A stretch of DNA of 51,376 nucleotides from Nitrospirota bacterium. GTDB taxonomy: Bacteria > Nitrospirota > Thermodesulfovibrionia > Thermodesulfovibrionales > Dissulfurispiraceae. Made by a program: the position numbers and the translations under genes. The stretch lies in the NCBI GenBank assembly GCA_040758355.1, contig JBFLWF010000018.1:1-51376 (forward strand), written 5' to 3'. The stretch's first letter is position 1, and every line of letters starts with the position of its first letter. Shown here piece by piece: positions 27,556 through 36,808 of the stretch. Below the pieces are notes generated by a model. That model was given only the letters and a program-made list of their open reading frames with translations, was not told the origin of the DNA and made no database searches.

Positions 27556-29658
27556 ATGGCAAAAGATGTCTTATTAGAAGAACTCAACCCCCAGCAAAAA
27601 GAGGCCATACTGTATTCAAAAGGACCTCTTCTCGTACTTGCCGGGGCAGGCAGCGGTAAGACAAGGGTAATAACCCACAAGTTTGCCTATCTCTCGAAGA
27701 AGAAGAAATACCGTCCATCATCCATCTTCACGGTCACCTTTACCAATAAGGCTGCAAATGAAATGAGAGAAAGGATCTCCCGCTTTGTTGAGCATGATAT
27801 GAAGCAGTCATGGATCGGGACATTCCATTCACAGTGCAATAAGATACTCAGAAGGGAGATAAAGGCACTGGGATATAAATCCGACTTCTCCATATATGAC
27901 GATGACGACCAGTGCAATCTAATAAGGCACATACTCAAAGAATTAAAAATATACGAGGCACTTTACAAAGGCGTTGCTTCACGGATAAGCATACTTAAAT
28001 CATCGTTAATTTCTCCGGAAGAGTTCCTGTCTCAGGGAGACGGCTTCAGCTTCGACGAGAAACTCGGAAGGGTATACCTGAAATATCAGGATGAACTGAA
28101 GAGATGCAATGCACTCGATTTCGATGACCTGATAATGCTCACCGTAAGATTATTCGAGGAGAATCCAAAGATACTTGCCAAATACAATGATATGTTTCCA
28201 TACATCCTCGTGGATGAATTTCAGGATACAAACCATGCACAGTACAGGCTCCTGCAGTTAATGGCAGGACATAAGAATATCTGTGCAGTTGGTGACGACG
28301 ACCAGAGCATATACAAGTTCAGAGGCGCCGATGTAAGCAACATCCTGAATTTTGAAAAGGACTTCCCTGATGCAACGATTATCAAGCTCGAGCAAAATTA
28401 CAGGTCAACACAGAATATCCTCGATGTCTCGGGTGCGGTAATATCCAGAAATCCCCAGAGGAAACTGAAAAAACTCTGGACAGAAAAGGGCTGCGGAGAA
28501 AAGGTCTTCTACTGCAGGCTCAACTCAGAGGAGGAAGAGGCAAGATACGTTGCGCGCACCATAAAAGACCTCTACCTGAAGGGCAACTTCGAATACAGCC
28601 ACTTTGCAATCCTTTACAGGATAAACCTCCAGGCAAGGGCAATAGAGGACGCCTTAAGGGAAGAAAACATCCCTTACCATGTGATAAGCGGCGTGAGCTT
28701 CTACCACAGGCGTGAGATAAAGGATATTATCTCATACATGAAAATAGCCCTTAACACCGATGACAATGTAAGCCTGAGAAGGATAATAAACAGCCCGCCT
28801 CGCGGCATAGGGGCATCCACCATATCGAAGATAGAGCAGGAGGCAAAGAAGAACTCTGTCAGCCTCTTTGCTGCCATAAAACTGATGCTAAAGTCCAACG
28901 GCGTGGCATCGTCCATTAAAGACAAGCTGAGTGAGTTCGTGAAAATCATGGAAGGCATATCATCGACCCCTCACAAAACCGCTGCCGATATGCTCAAAGA
29001 TATTGTGGAAAAAACAGGCTATATAGAAGACATCGAGGAAGAAAGGCTGCAGAACATACTGGAACTGGTATCCTCGGCAGAGAATATATCTGTCAAGGAC
29101 TTTGCAGATAGGGTATCTCTCGTATCAACAACTGACGACACATCTAAAAAAATGTCTGTATCTCTCATGACGCTTCATAGCGCAAAAGGGCTCGAATTCC
29201 CTGTGGTCTTTGTCATAGGTGTTGAAGAAGGCATCCTCCCCTATTTCAAGGCCATTGATGACGCCTCTGAAATGCAGGAAGAAAGAAGGCTCTTCTATGT
29301 GGGCATGACAAGGGCAAAGGATATCCTCTGTCTTACAGCCGCAAAGAGGAGGAGACTCTATTCAAAGATACAAGAGCAGGAACCATCAAGATTCCTGCAC
29401 GATGTTCCAAAAGACTGCTGCCACTGGATAGAAAAGGTCCAGCAGAAAACAGAGGCAGCGCCTGAGCCTGTAAAACTGCCGCCTAAAAAGCCTGCTGCTG
29501 CATATGTTGTCGGATGCAGGGTAAAACATCCATCATGGGGAGTCGGCGTGGTCAGGGACTGCTGCGAAGAAGGAAACGATACAAAGTTGACTGTAAACTT
29601 CCCCGGCATCGGAATTAAGCGCCTTGCTGCAAAATACGCAAATTTAGAAAGAATATAA
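27556..29658 (+). CDS. UvrD/PcrA SF1 DNA helicase
   Basis: LAGAGSGKT, DEFQD, GDDDQSIY, QNYRS, TLHSAKGLEF, EERRLFYVGMTRA; TGcTATAAT at 27533-27541. Confidence 0.95.
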   Translation: MAKDVLLEELNPQQKEAILYSKGPLLVLAGAGSGKTRVITHKFAYLSKKKKYRPSSIFTVTFTNKAANEMRERISRFVEHDMKQSWIGTFHSQCNKILRREIKALGYKSDFSIYDDDDQCNLIRHILKELKIYEALYKGVASRISILKSSLISPEEFLSQGDGFSFDEKLGRVYLKYQDELKRCNALDFDDLIMLTVRLFEENPKILAKYNDMFPYILVDEFQDTNHAQYRLLQLMAGHKNICAVGDDDQSIYKFRGADVSNILNFEKDFPDATIIKLEQNYRSTQNILDVSGAVISRNPQRKLKKLWTEKGCGEKVFYCRLNSEEEEARYVARTIKDLYLKGNFEYSHFAILYRINLQARAIEDALREENIPYHVISGVSFYHRREIKDIISYMKIALNTDDNVSLRRIINSPPRGIGASTISKIEQEAKKNSVSLFAAIKLMLKSNGVASSIKDKLSEFVKIMEGISSTPHKTAADMLKDIVEKTGYIEDIEEERLQNILELVSSAENISVKDFADRVSLVSTTDDTSKKMSVSLMTLHSAKGLEFPVVFVIGVEEGILPYFKAIDDASEMQEERRLFYVGMTRAKDILCLTAAKRRRLYSKIQEQEPSRFLHDVPKDCCHWIEKVQQKTEAAPEPVKLPPKKPAAAYVVGCRVKHPSWGVGVVRDCCEEGNDTKLTVNFPGIGIKRLAAKYANLERI

Positions 29659-29661
29659 AAG

Positions 29662-29949
29662 ATGAAGATAACAAGTGAAGATGTTAAACACATTGCCAGC
29701 CTTTCAAGGCTCTACCTGTCGGATAATGAAATAGAGACCTTCAGCGGACAGTTAAGCTCAATAATAGAGTATGTGGAACAGCTTAACAGCCTCGACGCCA
29801 GCAATATAGAGCCTACATCCCATGTAATACCGTTGAATAACGTCATGAGGGATGATATTCCTGCAGCCTCCCTGCCTGTGGAAGATGCATTGAAGAATGC
29901 GCCTGATTCCACGGAAAAATTCTACAGGGTACCGAAGATAATAGAATAG
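29662..29949 (+). CDS. gatC: Asp/Glu-tRNA amidotransferase subunit C
   Basis: VKHIASLSRL, EPTSH, MRDD, NAP, VPKIIE. Confidence 0.95.
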   Translation: MKITSEDVKHIASLSRLYLSDNEIETFSGQLSSIIEYVEQLNSLDASNIEPTSHVIPLNNVMRDDIPAASLPVEDALKNAPDSTEKFYRVPKIIE

Positions 29950-29964
29950 TAAACGGAGTTTAAT

Positions 29965-30315
29965 ATGTTCAGATGTTTCTTGAGATCAAAGATACATATG
30001 GCAACTGTTACCGAGTCAAACCTTGCCTATGAAGGGAGTATTACCATTGATAAGGAATTGATGGATATGGCGGATATACTCCCTTACGAGCAGGTTATGA
30101 TAAGCAACCTTAACAACGGCGAAAGGTTTGAGACCTATGTTATTCCGGGAAAGGCGGGTTCCCGGGAATTCTGCCTCAACGGCCCCACAGCAAGAAAAGG
30201 CGTGGTCGGCGACAAGATAATCATCTTTGCTTACTGCTATATGGCTGATGAAGAGATAAAGGACTTTGAGCCTAAAATCATCAAGCTCGACGAAAAGAAC
30301 AATCCTGCAAGGTAG
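29965..30315 (+). CDS. panD: Aspartate 1-decarboxylase
   Basis: SKIH, YEGSITID self-cleavage site, NGERFETY, LNG. Confidence 0.95.
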   Translation: MFRCFLRSKIHMATVTESNLAYEGSITIDKELMDMADILPYEQVMISNLNNGERFETYVIPGKAGSREFCLNGPTARKGVVGDKIIIFAYCYMADEEIKDFEPKIIKLDEKNNPAR

Positions 30316-30340
30316 ACGCAATCGTTCATTATAAAGTCAT

Positions 30341-31111
30341 TCACCTGCCTGTCAATATGCTATTTACCGGGATATATCTCGCTGCAACATCTTCAATATT
30401 ATTTTTTGTAACATAACTGATATATGGCATCGTTCCAATTACAGGTACGGGACATAATTCTTTTAAAACATCAGGATTTGTCTTTTCAGCAAGACTGTTT
30501 TCCGGAGGATTATTGAAATTAATAATAACTCCGAGGACATTAATACCTTCCCTCAATGCATAGTTGACTGTCAGTAGTGTGTGATTTATCGTTCCGAGCG
30601 CCGGACGTGCAACTACTATAACAGGAAGTTCTAAATCCTTTATTAAATCAGAGACGAAATAAGCCTTTGAGTCTTTTTTCTTTGACTGCTGACTGCTGAC
30701 TGCTGACTGCTGACTGCTTTTTGCAATCGGTACAAGCAAACCACCGACCCCTTCAACAACCATGAAATCATATTTTTTTGATAATACATCATAAGCATCA
30801 AATATATTATTTATCTCGACCGGGATTTTCTCAAGTTCTGATGCGACCATCGGTGCAAGAGGATTTTCAAAGCGAATTGGAGTTACCAAATCTATGGAGT
30901 CGTCCATCCCCGCCATCTCTTTTAAGAACATGCCATCAGAAGGAATTAAATCATTCTCCTTCCTGACTGCTGACTTTTTGCATCCCGTTTCCACAGGCTT
31001 CATAGCGCCGACTCTAATGCCTTTCTTTATTAATGCCCTGATTATTGCAGCAGACACAATCGTCTTGCCGACCCCAGTATCTGTGCCTGTTATGAAAATA
31101 CCTCTTGACAT
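30341..31111 (-). CDS. bioD: Dethiobiotin synthase, with repeat-derived insertions
   Basis: FITGTDTGVGKT, KPVETG, VEGVGGLLVP, LGTINHTLLT. Confidence 0.95.
   Translation of the reverse strand: MSRGIFITGTDTGVGKTIVSAAIIRALIKKGIRVGAMKPVETGCKKSAVRKENDLIPSDGMFLKEMAGMDDSIDLVTPIRFENPLAPMVASELEKIPVEINNIFDAYDVLSKKYDFMVVEGVGGLLVPIAKSSQQSAVSSQQSKKKDSKAYFVSDLIKDLELPVIVVARPALGTINHTLLTVNYALREGINVLGVIINFNNPPENSLAEKTNPDVLKELCPVPVIGTMPYISYVTKNNIEDVAARYIPVNSILTGR
30683..30717. repeat. (TGACTGC)5 perfect heptamer array inside bioD
   Basis: Direct read; encodes SSQQSAVSSQQSK; a second 2-unit array lies at 30964-30977. Confidence 0.92.
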
Positions 31112-31129
31112 TTCCAGTCTCCTTTACAA

Positions 31130-31185
31130 GTATGGCAGCAGGTGTGCTGAAAAGGGGGCGGTTTGATGCATACCTGCTGCCATAC
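31130..31185. repeat. Hairpin related to the family A core
   Basis: GTATGGCAGCAGGTGTGC-tGAAAAG...TTTGAt-GCATACCTGCTGCCATAC. Confidence 0.7.
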
Positions 31186-31200
31186 ATTGCTTAATTCAGG

Positions 31201-31911
31201 TTAGATGATTCTGCTCTCAAGGCAAAATATCTGACCAGTGATATTTTCGGTGCTTGCAAGATATATGATAAATCTCGCTACTTCCTCCGGGTCTGAGAGT
31301 GTATTTAAAAGACTGGCCTCTTTTGCCCTTTTTAAGGCTTCATCTGCACTAATCCCCATCTTAGTAGGCATATACCCGGGCAAAATAGCATTTACTCTTA
31401 TTTTATATTCTGCAAGCTCGATTGCTGCTGTCTTTGTAAGTCCAAGCAATGCAGCCTTTGAGGCGCTGTATGCAGCCTGCCCTTCCTTGCCTTTCAGTCC
31501 TGAATATGAGGATATGTTGATTATATGCCCGCCATCTTTCATGAGAGGTGCAAACGCCTTTATGCAATTAAAGGCGCCCTTTAGATTTACATCCATTATC
31601 CTGTTCCAATCCCTTTCGCTCTGCCTTATCAAAAGCGAATCTTTTGTTATCCCTGCATTGTTTATAAGGACATCCACCTTCCCCCATTTTTCATGGACAG
31701 TCTCGGCCATTTTAGAGACATCCTCAAACCTGCTTACATCGGCCTTCACCGCAATTGCCGTATCGCCGATTGCTCCGACAATTTCCTGTGCCGATTTTCC
31801 GGACTCGAGATAATTTATGACAATCCTGTATCCATTCTCAAAAAATGATAGGGCAATTTCCCTTCCCAAACCGCCTGATGCTCCTGTTATCACAGCCACC
31901 TTATTCGTCAT
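31201..31911 (-). CDS. FabG-like short-chain dehydrogenase/reductase
   Basis: TGASGGLG, NNAGITKD, YSASK. Confidence 0.9.
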   Translation of the reverse strand: MTNKVAVITGASGGLGREIALSFFENGYRIVINYLESGKSAQEIVGAIGDTAIAVKADVSRFEDVSKMAETVHEKWGKVDVLINNAGITKDSLLIRQSERDWNRIMDVNLKGAFNCIKAFAPLMKDGGHIINISSYSGLKGKEGQAAYSASKAALLGLTKTAAIELAEYKIRVNAILPGYMPTKMGISADEALKRAKEASLLNTLSDPEEVARFIIYLASTENITGQIFCLESRII

Positions 31912-31943
31912 AATACTATTGTTAATGTTATAATATTTTAGTC

Positions 31944-32029
31944 TAAAAACCCAAATCCAGCGATAAGGATGGGTCTCGCTTATCCTTATCGCTGGATCTT
32001 CGGTATAAAATCGCTCAAATTAGGTTTAA
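31944..32029. repeat. Palindromic element sharing the family A right terminus
   Basis: Perfect 16-bp stem ATCCAGCGATAAGGAT/ATCCTTATCGCTGGAT, then TATAAAATCGCTCAAATTAGGTTTA. Confidence 0.65.
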
Positions 32030-32044
32030 GCAATCGGAGGAAGT

Positions 32045-32602
32045 ATGGCAAGGTTCGAAGAAGTACAGATGACAATAGCAGAGTCTGCAAAGAATTATCT
32101 CGATATATACAACATGCAGGTTCTTATAGAGCAGTTCACTCTCGACAGAGAAGGCAGGTTTTCCCTAACGCTGCCCAATATGGAACAGCCCTTTCCCGTA
32201 TCGGCAACCGTATCCTTTGTCTATGACGCCTTCCAGACAGGAATGACCCTGTACGAAGAGAGCACAACGGATGAAGACAGCGATGTGGATACCTCTGTAG
32301 AACTGGAATTTACGGTAAAACTTCCGATCATGAAGGACTATCCAGACATAGAGGCACTGATTGAAGAGGTAAGCGAGGAATATCCCGACACAGAGCCGAT
32401 CCTGACAATCAGAGAGATCATCGGCAGTGACGAGCCTTTCAAGGAATACGAAATACATTACAGCTATGATATTGAGCCGGAGGATGCAACAGACAGCGAG
32501 TTGTTTGACGAGATATTTCAGGAATTAAAAGAGATCATGGAATTGATATACGAGAGGACAGAAAATTACATAGACCAATCGTGGTACAGTGGTGAGGAAT
32601 GA
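32045..32602 (+). CDS. Acidic hypothetical protein
   Basis: 185-aa ORF with GGAGG RBS, very D/E-rich, ATGA-coupled to the HAD gene. Confidence 0.8.
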   Translation: MARFEEVQMTIAESAKNYLDIYNMQVLIEQFTLDREGRFSLTLPNMEQPFPVSATVSFVYDAFQTGMTLYEESTTDEDSDVDTSVELEFTVKLPIMKDYPDIEALIEEVSEEYPDTEPILTIREIIGSDEPFKEYEIHYSYDIEPEDATDSELFDEIFQELKEIMELIYERTENYIDQSWYSGEE

Positions 32603-33258
32603 TCCTGCTGAAAGAAATTAAATTCGTCCTTCTTGACATGGATGGAACGCTGCTCGACAAATATTTCGACGACTATTTCTGGGAGCATCTCGTCCCAGAA
32701 AAGTATGCAGAGAAGCACAAAATCACATTCGGAAAGGCAAAGGAAGAACTGCTCTCAAAGTACAAGGCACATGAAGGCACGCTGAATTGGACAGACATAG
32801 ATTTCTGGTCGAGGGAGCTTGACCTCGACATCCCAGCCCTGAAAGAGCAGATAAAACACCTCATTGAAGTACATCCCCATGTTGAGGACTTCTTGAAAAT
32901 GCTCAAAAAATACAAGAAAAAGGTCTACATGGTAACCAATGCCCATTACAAGGTTCTGGACATAAAACTGAAAAATACAGAGATAGGCAAATACTTTGAC
33001 AAATGCATTACATCCTTTGAGATAGGCTATCCGAAAGAGATGGTAGAGTTCTGGGAGAAAACAGAAAAGATATTAAAGTTTGATAAAGAAAAAACCCTTT
33101 TTATTGACGATACAGCAGAGATACTCAGGACAGCAAAAAATTTCGGGATAAAATATCTCCTCTTAAAAACAAAGGCCAACTCCAAAAAATACGATCAACC
33201 AATAAATGACTTTCCTGTTTTAAAGGATTTTAAAGAACTCCTTATTCAAGATCGGTAG
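32599..33258 (+). CDS. HAD hydrolase, YrfG (GMP/IMP nucleotidase)-like
   Basis: LLDMDGTLLD, FW, TNAH, GYPKE, FIDD. Confidence 0.85.
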   Translation: MILLKEIKFVLLDMDGTLLDKYFDDYFWEHLVPEKYAEKHKITFGKAKEELLSKYKAHEGTLNWTDIDFWSRELDLDIPALKEQIKHLIEVHPHVEDFLKMLKKYKKKVYMVTNAHYKVLDIKLKNTEIGKYFDKCITSFEIGYPKEMVEFWEKTEKILKFDKEKTLFIDDTAEILRTAKNFGIKYLLLKTKANSKKYDQPINDFPVLKDFKELLIQDR

Positions 33259-34474
33259 ATTTAATTCTCGGTTCAACTCTCAGCCTTCCTGTATGTATAG
33301 GAATAGCAAATTTAAGAAGCAGGGTATATATCAGCGCGCCGGCAGCCCATATCCCTATGGTTATGAGAACCTCCCTCATTGTTGGAAAATATTCGTATAT
33401 TTCTCCGAGGGTGTCAGGAACAAAACCGGGAATTACAAGACCCATCCCCTTTTCGATATAGACACCAATGATTACGAAGATACACCCTAAGTTCAGGGTC
33501 TTGAAGTTCTCACGGGTCTTTGGATGCAGGAAAAGGGAAAAGGCAGTGACATTAAGTATTGTGGCTAACCAGATCCACGGCACAAGACTCGCTTTTCCAT
33601 GGATGCCGAAATAGAGATATTTGATGGGCTCTGTATGTGCAGTGCCTGAATAAAACTCCTTGAATGCCTCTGCCCCAAGCAGGAACAGATTGATGCCCAT
33701 TGCATATGCAATCAACTCCGCTATCTTGAAGATTGCGCTGTTTTCTATCTCGAGATCCGTTACCTTCCTTATAATCTGGAACAGGATCAGCATTAGGGCA
33801 GGACCCGAGCAAAAGGCAGATGCAAGGAATCTCGGGGCAAGTATTGACGCATTCCAGAACGGCCTCGCTGCCAGACCGTTATAGAGAAATGCCGTTACAG
33901 TATGGATGCTGACCGCTAACGGTATCGAGATCATGACCAGAGGACCGATTACAGACATTTTGTATTCCTTGCCGGTAAAAAACTTGCATACCACATACGA
34001 GGCAACTAAGGCATTGAGGATAAGATAGCTGTTCAATACAATCACATCCCACGCCAGCAACGATGAAGGGAAATTCATGCCTCCGATAACAGGCAGGATA
34101 TGCCATACGCGAAGCGGTTGACCGAGGTCAACCGTTATGAACATGATGCACATCGTGATCGCTGTTATGGCCAGAAGCTCTCCAAACAGCACTATCTCTT
34201 TTATCGGTTTGAAATGGTATACATAGGCCGGAACGACAAGCAGCACAGCAGCGGCAGCAACACCGACAAGGAATGTAAAGTTCGATATGTAAAAACCCCA
34301 TGAGACCTGATCCCTCATGCCTGTTGTTATGAGGCCTTTCTCTACCTGTCCGATATATGCGATTATTCCGGTGGCTATCAATACCGACAGAAAGGCAAGC
34401 CATATAAAATATCTCTTATTCCCCTTCGCAACCTGCTGCAAGGCTATAAGGAAGTTTTCGACATAATATTTCAT
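33242..34474 (-). CDS. NrfD/PsrC/DsrP family membrane subunit
   Basis: TGMRDQVSWGFYISNFTFLVG, DLGQPLR, SLLAWD, IHTVTAFLY, ARPFWN; about 10 TMs. Confidence 0.9.
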   Translation of the reverse strand: MKYYVENFLIALQQVAKGNKRYFIWLAFLSVLIATGIIAYIGQVEKGLITTGMRDQVSWGFYISNFTFLVGVAAAAVLLVVPAYVYHFKPIKEIVLFGELLAITAITMCIMFITVDLGQPLRVWHILPVIGGMNFPSSLLAWDVIVLNSYLILNALVASYVVCKFFTGKEYKMSVIGPLVMISIPLAVSIHTVTAFLYNGLAARPFWNASILAPRFLASAFCSGPALMLILFQIIRKVTDLEIENSAIFKIAELIAYAMGINLFLLGAEAFKEFYSGTAHTEPIKYLYFGIHGKASLVPWIWLATILNVTAFSLFLHPKTRENFKTLNLGCIFVIIGVYIEKGMGLVIPGFVPDTLGEIYEYFPTMREVLITIGIWAAGALIYTLLLKFAIPIHTGRLRVEPRIKSTDLE

Positions 34475-34483
34475 GTGTCCCTC

Positions 34484-35416
34484 CTATCTTCCGTAGGCAA
34501 AGAAATAATAAAACTTGGGATTTGTATTCAAATCCTCCTTGAGTCTGAATACCCTCTTGTGCTCAATTGCATACCTGATCTCGCTTTCGGGATCGAGCAG
34601 ATTGCCGAACTTCCTCGCGCCGACAGGACATACCTCAACACATGCAGGATATCTGCCTTTCCTCGTTCTCTGTATGCAGAATGTACATTTCTCCACTACC
34701 CCTTTATATCTTGGACGGTTTCCAAGATAATGCGTATCAGGATTTATCTTATCATTCGGTCTCTTTGGCTCGCCCCAGTTGAAACGCCTTGCGCCGTATG
34801 GACATGCTGCCATGCAGTATCTGCATCCTATACACCAGTTGTAATCAACAACGACTATCCCATCGGGCTCTTTCCATGTAGCCTGTGTAGGACATGCCTT
34901 GACACACGGAGGATTCTCGCACTGCTGGCATTGAACAGGCATATAAAAATACCCTGGCTCAGGCACCTGCTGCGGATTGTAGTATTTCTCGGAATTCTCA
35001 AGGTCCATCCACTTGTCGCCTTTCTTGAACCTTAGCACCGATATCCAGTGCATCTGCGGGTCCAGCGACTGGTTGTTTTCCTCCACACATGCGTAAACAC
35101 ACCTTCTGCATCCAATACATCTTGAAAGGTCGAGTCCATAACCGAATAATACTCCCGGCATAGCCTTCTCTGTACCAACATGGATATCCTTCTTATATCT
35201 CTGTGAATATTCCTTTTCCAGGCGCTGTATTACCTTCCTTTTCTCCTCCTCATTCATTTCCCTGAAGTGTTTCTGGAAAAATGCCTCCCAGAATGAGGCA
35301 TCTGCCTTATCAAGAGGAAGTGCTGTGCCTGCCAGTCCAACTGCAGCGCCTTTCAGAAATGTCCTTCTGTCCATATTAATCCCCTGTATATTCTCTATTA
35401 TCTTCTTCATCAGCAC
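34484..35416 (-). CDS. Tat-exported 4Fe-4S protein (NrfC/DsrO-like)
   Basis: DRRTFLKG Tat motif; CIGCRRCVYAC, CQQCENPPCVKAC, CIGCRYCMAAC, CTFC...CVEVC; start uncertain. Confidence 0.9.
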   Translation of the reverse strand: MLMKKIIENIQGINMDRRTFLKGAAVGLAGTALPLDKADASFWEAFFQKHFREMNEEEKRKVIQRLEKEYSQRYKKDIHVGTEKAMPGVLFGYGLDLSRCIGCRRCVYACVEENNQSLDPQMHWISVLRFKKGDKWMDLENSEKYYNPQQVPEPGYFYMPVQCQQCENPPCVKACPTQATWKEPDGIVVVDYNWCIGCRYCMAACPYGARRFNWGEPKRPNDKINPDTHYLGNRPRYKGVVEKCTFCIQRTRKGRYPACVEVCPVGARKFGNLLDPESEIRYAIEHKRVFRLKEDLNTNPKFYYFFAYGR

Positions 35417-35430
35417 CCCGCTTAATGTTT

Positions 35431-35943
35431 TTATTTAATGCCAGCCGGCTTTGCAGGCGGCGGCATAGGCTTTATTGGTTTAAATACAGGCTCATGAGGC
35501 CAGTGGCAATGAACACAAAGCCTGTATTCTTTTTCTCCGTTCCACGTTCCTGTCCTCTTGCCGTGAAGCCCTGCCTTCCAGTCACGGAACACTGTGCCGT
35601 GACACTGACCGCAGAGATAGTAAGACTCTTCAAAGCTTATCAGCTTGCCGTTTGCTAATTTAAGCTTATCCCTGTTGTCGGCATTGTGGCAGTCAAAACA
35701 CCATCCTCCGGGGATGTGCTTTAACCTGATTTCCTGGTGCATCTGTTCGAGCCTTCTCGGCGTTCTATTTGCAGGCATGCCCTGATGGCACTGAGAACAA
35801 GGGAATATACCGGGACTAAAGGGTGGTGGAGGTGTGGCAAATTTCTTCGGCACTTCATATTCGGCAGGATATGCATTAAAAGAAAATAAAAATAACAATG
35901 AAAGAAAACAAACTAAAGAGAGACCTATTGCTCCATTTCTCAT
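35431..35943 (-). CDS. Tetraheme cytochrome c
   Basis: Signal peptide; CSQCH, CFDCH, CGQCH, CVHCH. Confidence 0.88.
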   Translation of the reverse strand: MRNGAIGLSLVCFLSLLFLFSFNAYPAEYEVPKKFATPPPPFSPGIFPCSQCHQGMPANRTPRRLEQMHQEIRLKHIPGGWCFDCHNADNRDKLKLANGKLISFEESYYLCGQCHGTVFRDWKAGLHGKRTGTWNGEKEYRLCVHCHWPHEPVFKPIKPMPPPAKPAGIK

Positions 35944-36004
35944 CGCGCCTACCTCCCCCAGATAGGATTCAGAAACGGTTACCTGTTTAAGTATATGGCT
36001 CTAA

Positions 36005-36376
36005 TTACACTGCCCCCAGTTCTTTCTTAAGCCATTCTTCCACTTTTTTGTTAATCGGATACATGCCGAAGTATGCCTTGTTTTTATTTTCTTCCACGGC
36101 TTCGAGCAACAAATCCTGCGGGATTTCGTCTATCTGTGCCAGTGTCTCTGCATAGTCGGCAGCAGTATGTCGCATCAGGAAAAGAATTGGTTTTTTATCC
36201 ATCGTATCTATATAAAAAACATACCCCTTTATTGTCTCCCTTGTTTTTATTCCCTCATCTGTTATCGAGGATCTCGGCTCCATTAAATCCTTTGGTTCGA
36301 TGTCCCACCTTATATGCTCTATAACAAAGGACTCTTTTTTTATATCATTTAATGATAAAACCTTACTGAACATCAT
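36005..36376 (-). CDS. Hypothetical protein, resembles the DVU0772 family
   Basis: GGAGG RBS; IRWDI, FYID, MYPINKKVEEWL pattern recalled from that family. Confidence 0.55.
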   Translation of the reverse strand: MMFSKVLSLNDIKKESFVIEHIRWDIEPKDLMEPRSSITDEGIKTRETIKGYVFYIDTMDKKPILFLMRHTAADYAETLAQIDEIPQDLLLEAVEENKNKAYFGMYPINKKVEEWLKKELGAV

Positions 36377-36402
36377 GATTTAAACACCTCCGTAACGATG
36401 AC

Positions 36403-36756
36403 TTATGCATTGCCTATGGGACTGCCCGGATTGCTCTTCCTGTAGATATCTGCTGCTGTTATGCCCACATCTTCGAGCATTTCCATATTCGCAATATCTA
36501 TTGCCTTTAACGGAACCTTCAACGCATCTGCAACCTGCCTCAGTGCCATCCCCTTTGCGTAATGCATCTCGGCAATCATCACCTTGAGTGCATCGTCCAC
36601 AATATACCTCTTTAATTCTTCATCTCCGACATCAACAACGCTGCATGCCTCATTAAAGTTAAGACCGTTTTTCAGCCCTTCCCTTATCCTGGCCATAGCC
36701 TTCTCGTAAATCTTGCTCTCTTCAGGCGTGTATTCCTTATATTTAAGGTCTGACAT
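36403..36756 (-). CDS. Hypothetical protein with possible C-terminal HTH
   Basis: AGGAG RBS; 117 aa; LRQVADALKVP helix pattern. Confidence 0.7.
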   Translation of the reverse strand: MSDLKYKEYTPEESKIYEKAMARIREGLKNGLNFNEACSVVDVGDEELKRYIVDDALKVMIAEMHYAKGMALRQVADALKVPLKAIDIANMEMLEDVGITAADIYRKSNPGSPIGNA

Positions 36757-36808
36757 GTGAACTCCTTTTGTTTTTTAATTCATTAAATTTAACACATCTA
36801 AAGAGATT

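Noticed and set aside
27399..27680. ORF containing MVHSSWLIVHSWQ
   Set aside because: It is a translation of the heptamer array and is antisense to glmS and uvrD.
29662..29949. gatC without gatAB, and hisCB without other his genes
   Set aside because: Split operons are common and there is no sign of disruption.
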